Shown piece by piece: positions 8,897-18,327 of a stretch of 64,000 bases of DNA. The notes beneath the pieces were generated by a model, which saw only the letters and a list, made by a program, of their open reading frames with translations, was not told where the DNA came from and did no database searches. The DNA comes from an uncultured Spirochaetota bacterium (lineage in GTDB: Bacteria > Spirochaetota > Brevinematia > Brevinematales > JAOACQ01), in the NCBI GenBank assembly GCA_963768055.1, contig CAVYGN010000002.1:1440001-1504000 (forward strand). Reading direction: 5' to 3'. The position numbers and the translations under genes were made by a program. How positions within the stretch are numbered: position 1 is the first letter of the stretch; every line of letters begins with the position of its first letter.

Positions 8897-11542
8897 ATGG
8901 AAGAAAAAGAAAATATCTTTAAAAATGGATCAATTTGGCTTAATGCCGATTTTCACTTACATACAAGGGCTGATAAGCAATTCAAATATATAGGTGAAGA
9001 AAATAATTTTGTCATGGAGTATGTCGAACAGTTAAAGAAAACTGACACCAGAATCGGTGTAATTACTAATCATAATAAATTTGAATTAACAGAATTTAAA
9101 GACCTTCGTAAGAATAGTTTAAAAGAAAATATCTATCTATTACCGGGTGTAGAACTTTCAGTAGACGATGGCTCAAATGGAATTCATGCATTAATCATTT
9201 TCGAGTATGATACTTGGTTAAAAAATAATGATAATTTTATTGACCAGTTTTTAAAATCTGCTTTTGAAGGGATTGCTAATTATGAAAACAGTAGTACAAG
9301 ATGCAAATATAATCTATCAGAATTATTTAAAAAATTAGAAGAACATAGGAAAGAAGGGCGTGATACATTTGTTATAATGGCCCATATTGAACAAGATTGT
9401 GGTTTTTGCAAGGAACTTGATGGCGGTAGGATAACACCAATGGTACATGACGAACATTTTAAAAGGAATGTATTAGCATTTCAGAAAATTAGGACAAATG
9501 ATTTAAAATCCAATTTAATAACCTGGTTTGGAAATGAAAAAGACATACCTGCTTTTGTTGAAGGTTCAGATTGTAAAAAGATTGATGAAATAGGGTCACG
9601 TATACAAAAGGGTGTAGATGGTAATATAAATGAAAAAAAATGTTTTATAAAAATAGGAGATTATAATTTTGAAGCGATTAAATATGCATTAACTGATAAA
9701 GACAATCGTATTTCATATGACAAGCCTCCTTTAATAAATAATGCCTATATAAAATCAATATCGTTTGAAGGAGGTTTGCTTGATGGGAAACAGATTAATT
9801 TTTCGCCTGAACTTAATAATTTTATCGGAATTAGGGGAAGTGGAAAGTCGTCAATTATAGAGATATTACGATATACTCTTGGAATTTCTCTGGGCAACCA
9901 GGCTACAGATAAAGATTATAAAAACGATCTTATTGGATATGTACTTAAAAGTGGAGCTAAGGTTACTGTAGTGGTTGTAAATGAATACAAAAAAGAATAT
10001 CGCATTGAAAAAATATATGGTCAAAAAGAAGATGTCTTTGAAAGCAACGTAAGAATTGATGTTTCAATTAACGCAATATTTAAAGTACCTGTCTATTTCG
10101 GACAAAAAGATCTTTCAAACAAAGATATCAATTTTGAGGCCGATCTGGTAAAAAAACTTATTGGTAATCGTTTAGAAGAAATACGTTCCAAAATCAATGC
10201 AAAGGCTGATGATATAGAAGATATAGTCAACAAATTTAAAAAACTGGAAAACCTTGAGGACTTAAAAAAAGAGACAAATGAAGTAATAAAAAATTCTGAA
10301 GAAAAACTAAAAATATTTAAAGAAAAAGGGGTTAATGATAAACTACATCAGCAAAGCAACTTTGATTCCGATATTTCAATAATAAGCGATATTTACAAAG
10401 CATTAACAACATTTAAAGCTGATTTTAAAGTATTAATTGAAAATTATACTGTCTTTTTCAGAGATACCATTTTTAATTCTGAAGAAAATTTAGAAATCTT
10501 TCAAAATTTAAAAACAATATTCGATAGCATTAAATCAGAGTTTAATAAATTAAACGATATAAACAGAAATATTGACTTATCCGTATCAAAATTTGATGTG
10601 CTTAAAAAAAATCTTATGGAAAAAAAAGAAAGTTTGAAGGAAGAATTTGCAAAAATAAAAAGAGAAATTAATATACCCAATCTTAATCCAGATGATTTTC
10701 TCAAGTTAAACAGAATTATTGAAACTTCAAAATTAAAACTGATTGAAATTGAAAAATCAGAAACTAAAAGAAGGGATTATCTGAAGTCTTTAAATGACAA
10801 AATATCTGAATTAAACAATCTATGGCTTGAAGAATTTAAAATTGTGCAAAATGAAGTTCAAAGAATTAATGATTATGAAAGTGCCCTCTCTATTACAGCC
10901 GAATTTAAAAACAGACGAGACAATTTTTTTAATAAAATAAGACAAACTTTTAAAGGGAGTGGTATTACAGAGTCAAATTATAATAAAATATGCGATACTT
11001 ATAAAGACTTTGTAGAAATATACAGGGATAAGGAAAAATTAAATAATATTCTAAACGAAAACCACCTTGCTGAATTTAATAAAAAATTTATGGAAAATCT
11101 TTCCGAGTTGATAACTTATCAGGTGGAAACAAAATATACTATTAAATATAATAATAAACCATTAAAAGACCATTCGTTAGGTCAGCGTGCTACCGCTTTG
11201 ATTCTTTTTCTTCTTGCTCAAAAAGAAACGGATGTCTTAATAATTGATCAACCTGAAGATGATTTAGATAATCAGACAATTTATGAAGATGTAATCAAAC
11301 AGATTAAATTATTAAAAGGTGAAATGCAATTTATATTTGCTACACATAATGCAAATATTCCTGTGCTTGGCGACAGTGAGAAAATTATTTCATGTAATTA
11401 TTCTGAATTAAATATTGAAACAAATGAGGGTACTATCGATACCCCTGGAACACAAAAACAAATAGTAACAATCATGGAAGGTGGGGAAGAAGCTTTTAAT
11501 AGAAGAAAGAATATTTATGAAATATGGAGTTTAAAAAAATGA
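8897..11542 (+). CDS. PHP domain fused to SMC/ABC-type ATPase (TrlF/Ppl-like), putative anti-phage protein
   Basis: DFHLHT, ITNHN, PGVE, AHIE, GSDCK; Walker A GIRGSGKS, coiled coil, SLGQR signature, IIDQPEDDLD, FATHN. Confidence 0.85.
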   Translation: MEEKENIFKNGSIWLNADFHLHTRADKQFKYIGEENNFVMEYVEQLKKTDTRIGVITNHNKFELTEFKDLRKNSLKENIYLLPGVELSVDDGSNGIHALIIFEYDTWLKNNDNFIDQFLKSAFEGIANYENSSTRCKYNLSELFKKLEEHRKEGRDTFVIMAHIEQDCGFCKELDGGRITPMVHDEHFKRNVLAFQKIRTNDLKSNLITWFGNEKDIPAFVEGSDCKKIDEIGSRIQKGVDGNINEKKCFIKIGDYNFEAIKYALTDKDNRISYDKPPLINNAYIKSISFEGGLLDGKQINFSPELNNFIGIRGSGKSSIIEILRYTLGISLGNQATDKDYKNDLIGYVLKSGAKVTVVVVNEYKKEYRIEKIYGQKEDVFESNVRIDVSINAIFKVPVYFGQKDLSNKDINFEADLVKKLIGNRLEEIRSKINAKADDIEDIVNKFKKLENLEDLKKETNEVIKNSEEKLKIFKEKGVNDKLHQQSNFDSDISIISDIYKALTTFKADFKVLIENYTVFFRDTIFNSEENLEIFQNLKTIFDSIKSEFNKLNDINRNIDLSVSKFDVLKKNLMEKKESLKEEFAKIKREINIPNLNPDDFLKLNRIIETSKLKLIEIEKSETKRRDYLKSLNDKISELNNLWLEEFKIVQNEVQRINDYESALSITAEFKNRRDNFFNKIRQTFKGSGITESNYNKICDTYKDFVEIYRDKEKLNNILNENHLAEFNKKFMENLSELITYQVETKYTIKYNNKPLKDHSLGQRATALILFLLAQKETDVLIIDQPEDDLDNQTIYEDVIKQIKLLKGEMQFIFATHNANIPVLGDSEKIISCNYSELNIETNEGTIDTPGTQKQIVTIMEGGEEAFNRRKNIYEIWSLKK

Positions 11543-12708
11543 ATGCTATTGAGTTATTGGACATTATAAGTGCTGGCGAAACAAGCAGGGTACAGTTTAA
11601 AGTACAAATTACCTCACCTGATGATCTTGCATCTGAAATGATAGCATTTTCAAATTCTCTTGGGGGTATTATCCTGGTTGGGGTTAGTAATACAGGTCAA
11701 ATTGTTGGCTTATCATATAACGATATACAGGATACGGCAATACTGGCGGGTAATGTTGCTACTGATAAAATTATACCAACGGTTTATATTCAAACCGAGG
11801 TTATTACTTTTGAAGTATCTGGAGAAAGGAAAAATGTTCTTATTATCTATATTGAAGAAGGAATAAATAAACCTTATAAAACTAGAAATCTTGTCGTATG
11901 GAAAAAGCAAGGTTCAGATAAGCGTAGAGTGACTGACAGTAATGAATTATTAAGGCTTTATCAAAGTAGTGGCAACCTTCTTGCTGACGAAATGGAGGTG
12001 GCCAATACTTCTATTGCGGATATTGATATTGACAAATTAAACCAATTTACTATAAAAGCAATGGAAAAATCATTAGAAGAAATCGGACTAGATGTAGACC
12101 AAATTGTAAAAAATATTAATATTATGAGAAATAACCGCCTTACACTAGGCGGACTTTTATTTTTTGGTAAAAATCCACAGAAATATAAACCCGTATTTTG
12201 TATAAAAGCCATTTCTTTTTTTGGAAATGATATAGAGGGCTTAGAATACAGGAATAGTATAGATATTAACGGTACAATGCCAGAATTATTTGAAAAAGGC
12301 ATGGAATTTTTCAATAGCAATCTAAGACACACTCAACAGGGCCAAAAATTTAATTCTCTTGGTTCGCTTGAAATATCTAAAATTGCTATTGAAGAAGTAC
12401 TTCAGAATGCATTAATACATAGAGATTACTTGAAAAATGCTCCAATTAGAGTCATGATTTTTGACAATCGAATTGAGTTGATAAGTCCAGGGGCATTACC
12501 AAATAGTCTTTCTGTAGAGAATATCAAAGCCGGTAATGCAGTTGTTAGAAATAACTTGTTAGCATCTTATTGTGTAATAACAATGCCGTATAGAGGTTTT
12601 GGTTCTGGTATTAGACGAGCTATCAAAGAACAACCAAACATCGAGTTTTTTAATGACATTGAAGGTGAGCAATTTATAGTTAAGATAGCAAGGTCGATGA
12701 CAAGCTAG
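11539..12708 (+). CDS. Schlafen/AlbA_2 domain plus RecG-C-like (HATPase_c_4) domain protein
   Basis: GETSRVQFK, AFSNSLGGIILVGV, EEVLQNALIHRDY, FDNRIELISPG, GSGIRR; ATGA overlap with the upstream stop codon. Confidence 0.82.
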   Translation: MNAIELLDIISAGETSRVQFKVQITSPDDLASEMIAFSNSLGGIILVGVSNTGQIVGLSYNDIQDTAILAGNVATDKIIPTVYIQTEVITFEVSGERKNVLIIYIEEGINKPYKTRNLVVWKKQGSDKRRVTDSNELLRLYQSSGNLLADEMEVANTSIADIDIDKLNQFTIKAMEKSLEEIGLDVDQIVKNINIMRNNRLTLGGLLFFGKNPQKYKPVFCIKAISFFGNDIEGLEYRNSIDINGTMPELFEKGMEFFNSNLRHTQQGQKFNSLGSLEISKIAIEEVLQNALIHRDYLKNAPIRVMIFDNRIELISPGALPNSLSVENIKAGNAVVRNNLLASYCVITMPYRGFGSGIRRAIKEQPNIEFFNDIEGEQFIVKIARSMTS

Positions 12709-12831
12709 ATATTTGTCCTGAACGACTATAGCTATAACCTATACATTGGTCAACATACAACAACCTGTTATGAAACCAAAGTCATTATTTAAATTTAAGT
12801 ATTTTTATATTTATAGGATAGTTAAGGAAAA

Positions 12832-14586
12832 TTAATCAATACTTGGTAAAAAATCCTTCAATGGATTTTTTCCCTTAGCCTTATCTTTATCAATTTCTTT
12901 TAATATTTCATCTTTAACTTTATCAATGTTAGGTTTTGATTTTAAAAATCTCTGCGGATTAGATTTTTGCAATTCATTGTTGTAAATTAAAATAGTAGTA
13001 ATATAATCTATCATCTTTTGAGTCCTGTCATTTAATTGATTATTCAATAATTTGCGAGCAATATTTGAATCATAATAACCATATTTTTTCTTTATTATAG
13101 TCCAAATAAAATACATATAAATTAAGTTTGAGTAAAGTAAAAATTCTTTCGATAAAATTTCTTTTCTTTTTTCATCAGTAATTTCTTCTGTTTTAACTAA
13201 ATAATATTCTTGTTCTTTGTATTTTTGAATATTATTGTTGACTTTATCAAAAATATGATTTGGTAATAATATTTCATAAAAAGTAATATCTTTTTTAAAA
13301 ATTTGATCATAATGTTCAGCAAAAAGATTTTCACGATAACGTCTAGCATATATTGGATCGAACAAAGAAGAATATATAACTTGAGCTGTTCTTACCATTT
13401 CAATTACTTTATTATTATAATCTTTTTTGATAACTTTTCTATAGAGATTTTTTTCACCTTCTTTTCTTTCATAAAAATATGGAGGATCTAGTTTTTTTAA
13501 ATCATCTTTTATTTTTTTTTGTATACCATCATTTGAACGTAATTGATATGCTGAAACTGGATTCTGTGAATTGGTATATAAAGTGATATCATCTGTATCT
13601 TTTAAATTTGCTTGAATGATCCTAATCAACAAATAAACATCTTTTGGAATTTCTTTATTCTCATAAAATTTTTCATAAGCTTCAAAAATACTTACGGTAG
13701 TTTGACAACCATTTATTATTTGAGGGCCAGTAACTGATAAACTATTTTTATCATTTACAAAATTTTCTCTTATTAGTGAACATACTATTGTAATTCCATT
13801 ATTGTAATACCAAAAGTTTTTCCTATCTTTTTGTTCACCTATTGTATCTATTATTTGAGCATTTATTGTTCCTGATTTAGCGCCTTTATAGTATCTAATA
13901 TTTCTATCAAAGAGTTTATTTTTATAAATTTCATATATTTTTGCTAAAATATCGGCTTTAATCGAAAATATATAAGAAGGATAAATACCTAAATTATTTT
14001 TAAAATATTGATTTTCAATTATTGGAAATTCAACTGTTTCATCGGCTAAGGGATTTCCTTCGGAGATAGAAGCCTCATAAGTACTAATAATATCATCTAT
14101 ATCATGATAATATAATTGGATTCTATTGTTATAATCTTGAATATTATTAAATGTTATACGTTCTTTTTTTGACGAATCATTAAAAGTACCGGCAATAAAA
14201 TAATGTAATTCAACAACTCCTTCAGATTCCCAAACATCTTTAAATGATTCTGCCACATCAATTATTTGGGATTTTGAACTCAATTGAGAGGGATTTTTTA
14301 AAGTGTTTAAACAAGAATAGAATAATACAATATCTTTTTCACTTATTTCCTTGCGGCAATCATTTGAATATTTAGCTTGAATTAATATAAGTCTATTTTT
14401 CTCATATGTAATATATGCATCAATTCTTTTGTCTTCGCCATTATCAGTAATATAATCATTTACATCTGAATCCATAATATCATAATATGAATTTAATATC
14501 CACTGGATAAATGCTCTTCCTTCAGAAATTTTTTCTTTTTTACATATTGAATTAATATGATCTTTAAAACTCATTAAATTATTCAT
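12832..14586 (-). CDS. AIPR-family protein with N-terminal restriction-endonuclease-like domain
   Basis: DNGEDKRIDAY and IQAKYS; NIRYYKG, FWYYNNGITIV, QIINGCQT, TNSQNPV. Confidence 0.87.
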   Translation of the reverse strand: MNNLMSFKDHINSICKKEKISEGRAFIQWILNSYYDIMDSDVNDYITDNGEDKRIDAYITYEKNRLILIQAKYSNDCRKEISEKDIVLFYSCLNTLKNPSQLSSKSQIIDVAESFKDVWESEGVVELHYFIAGTFNDSSKKERITFNNIQDYNNRIQLYYHDIDDIISTYEASISEGNPLADETVEFPIIENQYFKNNLGIYPSYIFSIKADILAKIYEIYKNKLFDRNIRYYKGAKSGTINAQIIDTIGEQKDRKNFWYYNNGITIVCSLIRENFVNDKNSLSVTGPQIINGCQTTVSIFEAYEKFYENKEIPKDVYLLIRIIQANLKDTDDITLYTNSQNPVSAYQLRSNDGIQKKIKDDLKKLDPPYFYERKEGEKNLYRKVIKKDYNNKVIEMVRTAQVIYSSLFDPIYARRYRENLFAEHYDQIFKKDITFYEILLPNHIFDKVNNNIQKYKEQEYYLVKTEEITDEKRKEILSKEFLLYSNLIYMYFIWTIIKKKYGYYDSNIARKLLNNQLNDRTQKMIDYITTILIYNNELQKSNPQRFLKSKPNIDKVKDEILKEIDKDKAKGKNPLKDFLPSID

Positions 14587-14720
14587 GTAATACCCCTAAA
14601 ACTGCTAGTAATCCTTTTCCAATAACTACCTGCATTACATTTTAGGCTTATTTATCATTTATGGCAAAAATATACGAAATAACAAAACTCCATTTTCCGT
14701 CCTTCGCGTCCTCCGCTCCA

Positions 14721-14746
14721 CTTTGCGTCCTTTGCGTCTTAGCGGT
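14721..14746 (-). repeat. Right-boundary repeat of the AT-rich island
   Basis: Minus strand ACCGCTAAGACGCAAAGGACGCAAAG, within a pyrimidine-rich repeat tract 14691-14780. Confidence 0.55.
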
Positions 14747-14798
14747 GATCCCCGTCTCCATTAGCGTGGCTTAGCGGACAGTCTTTCCCCTTAATTAT

Positions 14799-14826
14799 TT
14801 GACAAACCTCTGTTTTCTTTTATAAT
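14799..14826 (+). promoter_or_regulatory. sigma70 promoter of rplM-rpsI
   Basis: TTGACA-N16-TATAAT. Confidence 0.75.
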
Positions 14827-14853
14827 ATATGGAAATTTTTCGGGTGGTAACGG

Positions 14854-15282
14854 ATGAAGACCTTTGTATTAAAAGCTTCCCAGATCAAAAGGCAGTATTT
14901 TGTCATAGACGCGCTCGGGAAACCCTTAGGCAGGATAGCCTCCCGCACCGCGCAGGTTCTGATGGGCAAGCATAAACCGACTTACACTAAAAACCTTGAC
15001 GACGGTGATTTTGTAATTATAGTCAACGCCGATAAATTCATACTTACGGGCAGGAAACCTAAAAACAAGATCTATTATCGATATTCGGGCTATGTAGGCG
15101 GCATGCACGAAACCACTTTCAAGGTTATGATGCAGAAAAAGCCATTATTTCCCCTTGAAAAAGCTGTAAAGGGAATGCTTCCAAGAAATAACCTGGCTAA
15201 AAAGATGATTAAAAAACTCTATCTTTATGCCGGCCCGGTTCATGATTTAAAAAATATCAAAACAAGCCCGCTCGAAATATAA
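14854..15282 (+). CDS. rplM: 50S ribosomal protein L13
   Basis: LGRIAS, LMGKHKPTYT, DDGDFVIIVNA, AVKGMLP. Confidence 0.97.
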   Translation: MKTFVLKASQIKRQYFVIDALGKPLGRIASRTAQVLMGKHKPTYTKNLDDGDFVIIVNADKFILTGRKPKNKIYYRYSGYVGGMHETTFKVMMQKKPLFPLEKAVKGMLPRNNLAKKMIKKLYLYAGPVHDLKNIKTSPLEI

Positions 15283-15297
15283 GGGAGGAAAATTAGA

Positions 15298-15690
15298 ATG
15301 ACAGATCCGATTTATGCTACCGGAAGACGCAAAACCAGCGTTGCGAGGGTTTTTCTTCTGCCTAAGGGCAGCGGTAAATTTACTATAAACAAAAAAGATA
15401 TAGAATCTTATTTTCCTTCAGTATATTGGGACATTGTGCGTATTCCCCTCAAGGCCTCCGAATTATTGGGTAAATACGATGTTTATGTGACTGTAAAAGG
15501 CGGCGGCACTACAGGGCAGGCGGAAGCGGTACGGCATGGCCTGTCGAGAGCTATCGATAAGCTTGACAGGGAAAAGTACCACAAGACTCTTAAAGACCTG
15601 GGCTTTTTGACAAGGGATTCGAGAATGGTCCAGAGAAAGCATTACGGACTCAAGAAAGCGAGGAAGGGCCCTCAGTATTCCAAGAGATAA
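15298..15690 (+). CDS. rpsI: 30S ribosomal protein S9
   Basis: [37 protein letters not shown]. Confidence 0.97.
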   Translation: MTDPIYATGRRKTSVARVFLLPKGSGKFTINKKDIESYFPSVYWDIVRIPLKASELLGKYDVYVTVKGGGTTGQAEAVRHGLSRAIDKLDREKYHKTLKDLGFLTRDSRMVQRKHYGLKKARKGPQYSKR

Positions 15691-15786
15691 TTTTGCTTTG
15701 TCCGGGAATTTTAACTCTCAATAATCTGTAAATAGGAACGATTCTAAACTTTCTTTTCGTGAAAAAACATAGGGGTATGAAAAGAT

Positions 15787-16677
15787 TTATTTTTTTCTTG
15801 CCGTAGCAATACTGTGGGCCCCATTAATTTTATATGTTTTATTTTCATTCGGGTCTTTAAAAAATCTTTCCACTAATTTTACACAATCCGATTCATCAAT
15901 TAATTCAAACTCATAATTATTTAAAAAATATTCAATTTGACCCTTCTCAATACCAAAAACCCATTTCTCCCCATGTTTTCCCACCAATTCATTGATTCCT
16001 TTTGCGCCATAATTATATTCTTCTCCTTTCAGAACTGATGTGTAAATATAATCAAAAATGATCAGACTGCCTTTTGCTGAATACTCTTTGATTAATGAAA
16101 AAATATTGTCTAAAGATTGAGGGTCGATATACATTGTTAAACCTTCCAGAAGAAAAAGGCAAATTTTATTTTTCCGGAAGCCGTTTCTTTCTAATTTTTG
16201 ATTTAAAGTTTCTTTTTCAAAATCAATTGAAATAAATTTCAAATTGGGAGGGAATTCAATGTTTAATTTCCTGAATTGATTGATCTTGGCTTTTTGAGTC
16301 TTTGGCGAATCCAGTTCATAAACAGTTGCATTCTTCAAATTATCATAAAAACGGATTGCTCGTGAATCAAAACCGGCTCCTAAAATCAAAATCTGGTCAA
16401 AACCGCTTTTAAGGTCTTTAAAAATATAATCTATATAATTTGTCCTGGCAATGACATATTCATAAATTCCATAGTGAAAAAATAATTTTTTAAAAATATT
16501 TCTAAGAATATTTGATTTTAATAAAGTCTTAAAAAAGGGTGGTAAAATCATCGGAGCAATATAATCACTACTTTTTAAGAAAATATTTTGTTCATAAAAT
16601 GACATAGCTCTTGATAAACATGTTAATTTAGCTGTTCTTGATACTTTTGTATCGATTCGCTTTTGCCAAGAAGACAT
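15787..16677 (-). CDS. SAM-dependent methyltransferase (LCM/YktD-like)
   Basis: ARTNYID, QILILGAGFDSRA, YELD, LLEGLTMY; start ATG 16677 after GGAGG; AT-rich relative to neighbours. Confidence 0.85.
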   Translation of the reverse strand: MSSWQKRIDTKVSRTAKLTCLSRAMSFYEQNIFLKSSDYIAPMILPPFFKTLLKSNILRNIFKKLFFHYGIYEYVIARTNYIDYIFKDLKSGFDQILILGAGFDSRAIRFYDNLKNATVYELDSPKTQKAKINQFRKLNIEFPPNLKFISIDFEKETLNQKLERNGFRKNKICLFLLEGLTMYIDPQSLDNIFSLIKEYSAKGSLIIFDYIYTSVLKGEEYNYGAKGINELVGKHGEKWVFGIEKGQIEYFLNNYEFELIDESDCVKLVERFFKDPNENKTYKINGAHSIATARKK

Positions 16678-16717
16678 ATTGTCCTCCAAAGTTATGTCAA
16701 AGCAGAAGAGGGGGGCA

Positions 16718-18319
16718 TTAAAGCCTGATCCTGTCTTCGACCACGTAAGCCTTGCCGTTCTTTGCATTGATTATCACTTCTTTAATGCCTTCAACGAGCT
16801 TGCCTTTGACGGGCGCATAGAACCTGACAAGAGCCACGTAGATGGAACTGCCCGGTGTAATTTTAAAAGGCGTCGATGGGGTGTATTCGAATTTATCCAG
16901 GTACATGACATCACGGGCCGTCTCGCCGCTGAAATGTTTGTGTTTTACAGCTGCGTCCCTGGCGGCTTCCCTTTCGGCAGCGTCATGCGGATCTAAAACC
17001 GATATGTCGTTTTCAAAATTCAGCTGGGGGACAATGCGGTCCGGATCCAGTATAATGACGCCTTTAGCGGCTGAAATTTCATATGTCCGTTTGCCGTTCC
17101 AGCTTAATTTTAATTTTAATCCGTTTACAAGCGCGCTGATATCAGGGATTTCATCCATATTTCTGACTGCCCCATTGCGCTTGATTGATATGTCGGGAGT
17201 ATGCGAACAGACAGGCAGAAAATATTTAGCTATCTCGCAAACCGAACTATCGGCCCCGGCGTAGATACAAATTTCCGAAAGGGAAGGGCCGGCATTGGAA
17301 TCCTTTTTACCCGTAACATAAGTTTTTATATAATTAGTATATTTTTCAATTCCCGCTGTAAAAAAAGCGAAGTGGAGCATAGAGAAATTTTTCAGCATGC
17401 TGCTCACATCGCAATCGATCTCTCCTGTCGTGGTAAAACCATTGCTGATGACATTCTCATAATAAGAACGGCCGGGTACAGGGACCAGGTAAGCCGCGTC
17501 AGTCCTTATTTGCCCTTTATTGTCTACCAGCCTCTTGCAGAGATCGGTGTAAGCGAAAAGCTCGCCCCCTTCGAATTTAAGCAATTCCTTGAGCCATAAT
17601 CTGAGGAAAGCATACTTTATTTCTTCAGGTGTCGAACCCCCGGTAATCAGGAAGAGACTGTCCTTTTCAAAACGGACCATACCGGGAAGGGCCTGAAGAT
17701 TAATAATAATAATATTCTTTTGATCGAGGGGAAAAATGAGATTTTTATATGCTTCAAAGATATTATCAATATCCTTGATGGTCGAAATGTTTTTTCCATG
17801 GCAATAGACATCATAAGAAAGAGCTCCAACTGTATCGGATGTTTCACTATACCTGCCGCAAATCAACAGGGGTTTTTCATCGCTATCGAATATAAAACCG
17901 TCTCCGTTCCTGTCGGTGTAAGGGAAGATCAATCCTCTAAATCCTTCGGGGAGGCTTAATCCCGCGGTTACGGATCCTTTTTCATCGGGCAGGACCAGCC
18001 AGTCATCGGAATAAAATTCCTGGTTAATGATTGGGAGAGTATAAATTAGAATTATCCTGCCTCCGTAATTGGATATGACATTGTCGATAAGCAATGTATG
18101 GCCGTTCTGATAGAAATTCACCGATCCGTTCGACAGGGAACTGATGCTTAAAAGCCTTGCCCTTCCCGGCAGGGTCAGTTTGATGGAATTACTTTCGAAA
18201 GTATAATCGGCCTGAACTTTTAGAATACTTTGTGTCAACATAAGGCTCATCCTGGAGTGATATGGAAAAGTGAGGTTTTTTAAGGAGATGAGTATTAAAA
18301 CACAAATTACATATTTCAT
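16718..18319 (-). CDS. Exported hypothetical protein resembling a degenerate M1 aminopeptidase fold
   Basis: Signal peptide; M1-like segments (LSLPEGF, MLH, LDPDRIVPQLNFEND) but no HExxH. Confidence 0.55.
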   Translation of the reverse strand: MKYVICVLILISLKNLTFPYHSRMSLMLTQSILKVQADYTFESNSIKLTLPGRARLLSISSLSNGSVNFYQNGHTLLIDNVISNYGGRIILIYTLPIINQEFYSDDWLVLPDEKGSVTAGLSLPEGFRGLIFPYTDRNGDGFIFDSDEKPLLICGRYSETSDTVGALSYDVYCHGKNISTIKDIDNIFEAYKNLIFPLDQKNIIIINLQALPGMVRFEKDSLFLITGGSTPEEIKYAFLRLWLKELLKFEGGELFAYTDLCKRLVDNKGQIRTDAAYLVPVPGRSYYENVISNGFTTTGEIDCDVSSMLKNFSMLHFAFFTAGIEKYTNYIKTYVTGKKDSNAGPSLSEICIYAGADSSVCEIAKYFLPVCSHTPDISIKRNGAVRNMDEIPDISALVNGLKLKLSWNGKRTYEISAAKGVIILDPDRIVPQLNFENDISVLDPHDAAEREAARDAAVKHKHFSGETARDVMYLDKFEYTPSTPFKITPGSSIYVALVRFYAPVKGKLVEGIKEVIINAKNGKAYVVEDRIRL

Positions 18320-18327
18320 ATCGGCCC

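Noticed and set aside
12714..12777. Possible integron attC site between the convergent island genes (TATAAC...GTTATG)
   Set aside because: Too short, no convincing internal pairing, no second copy and no integrase.
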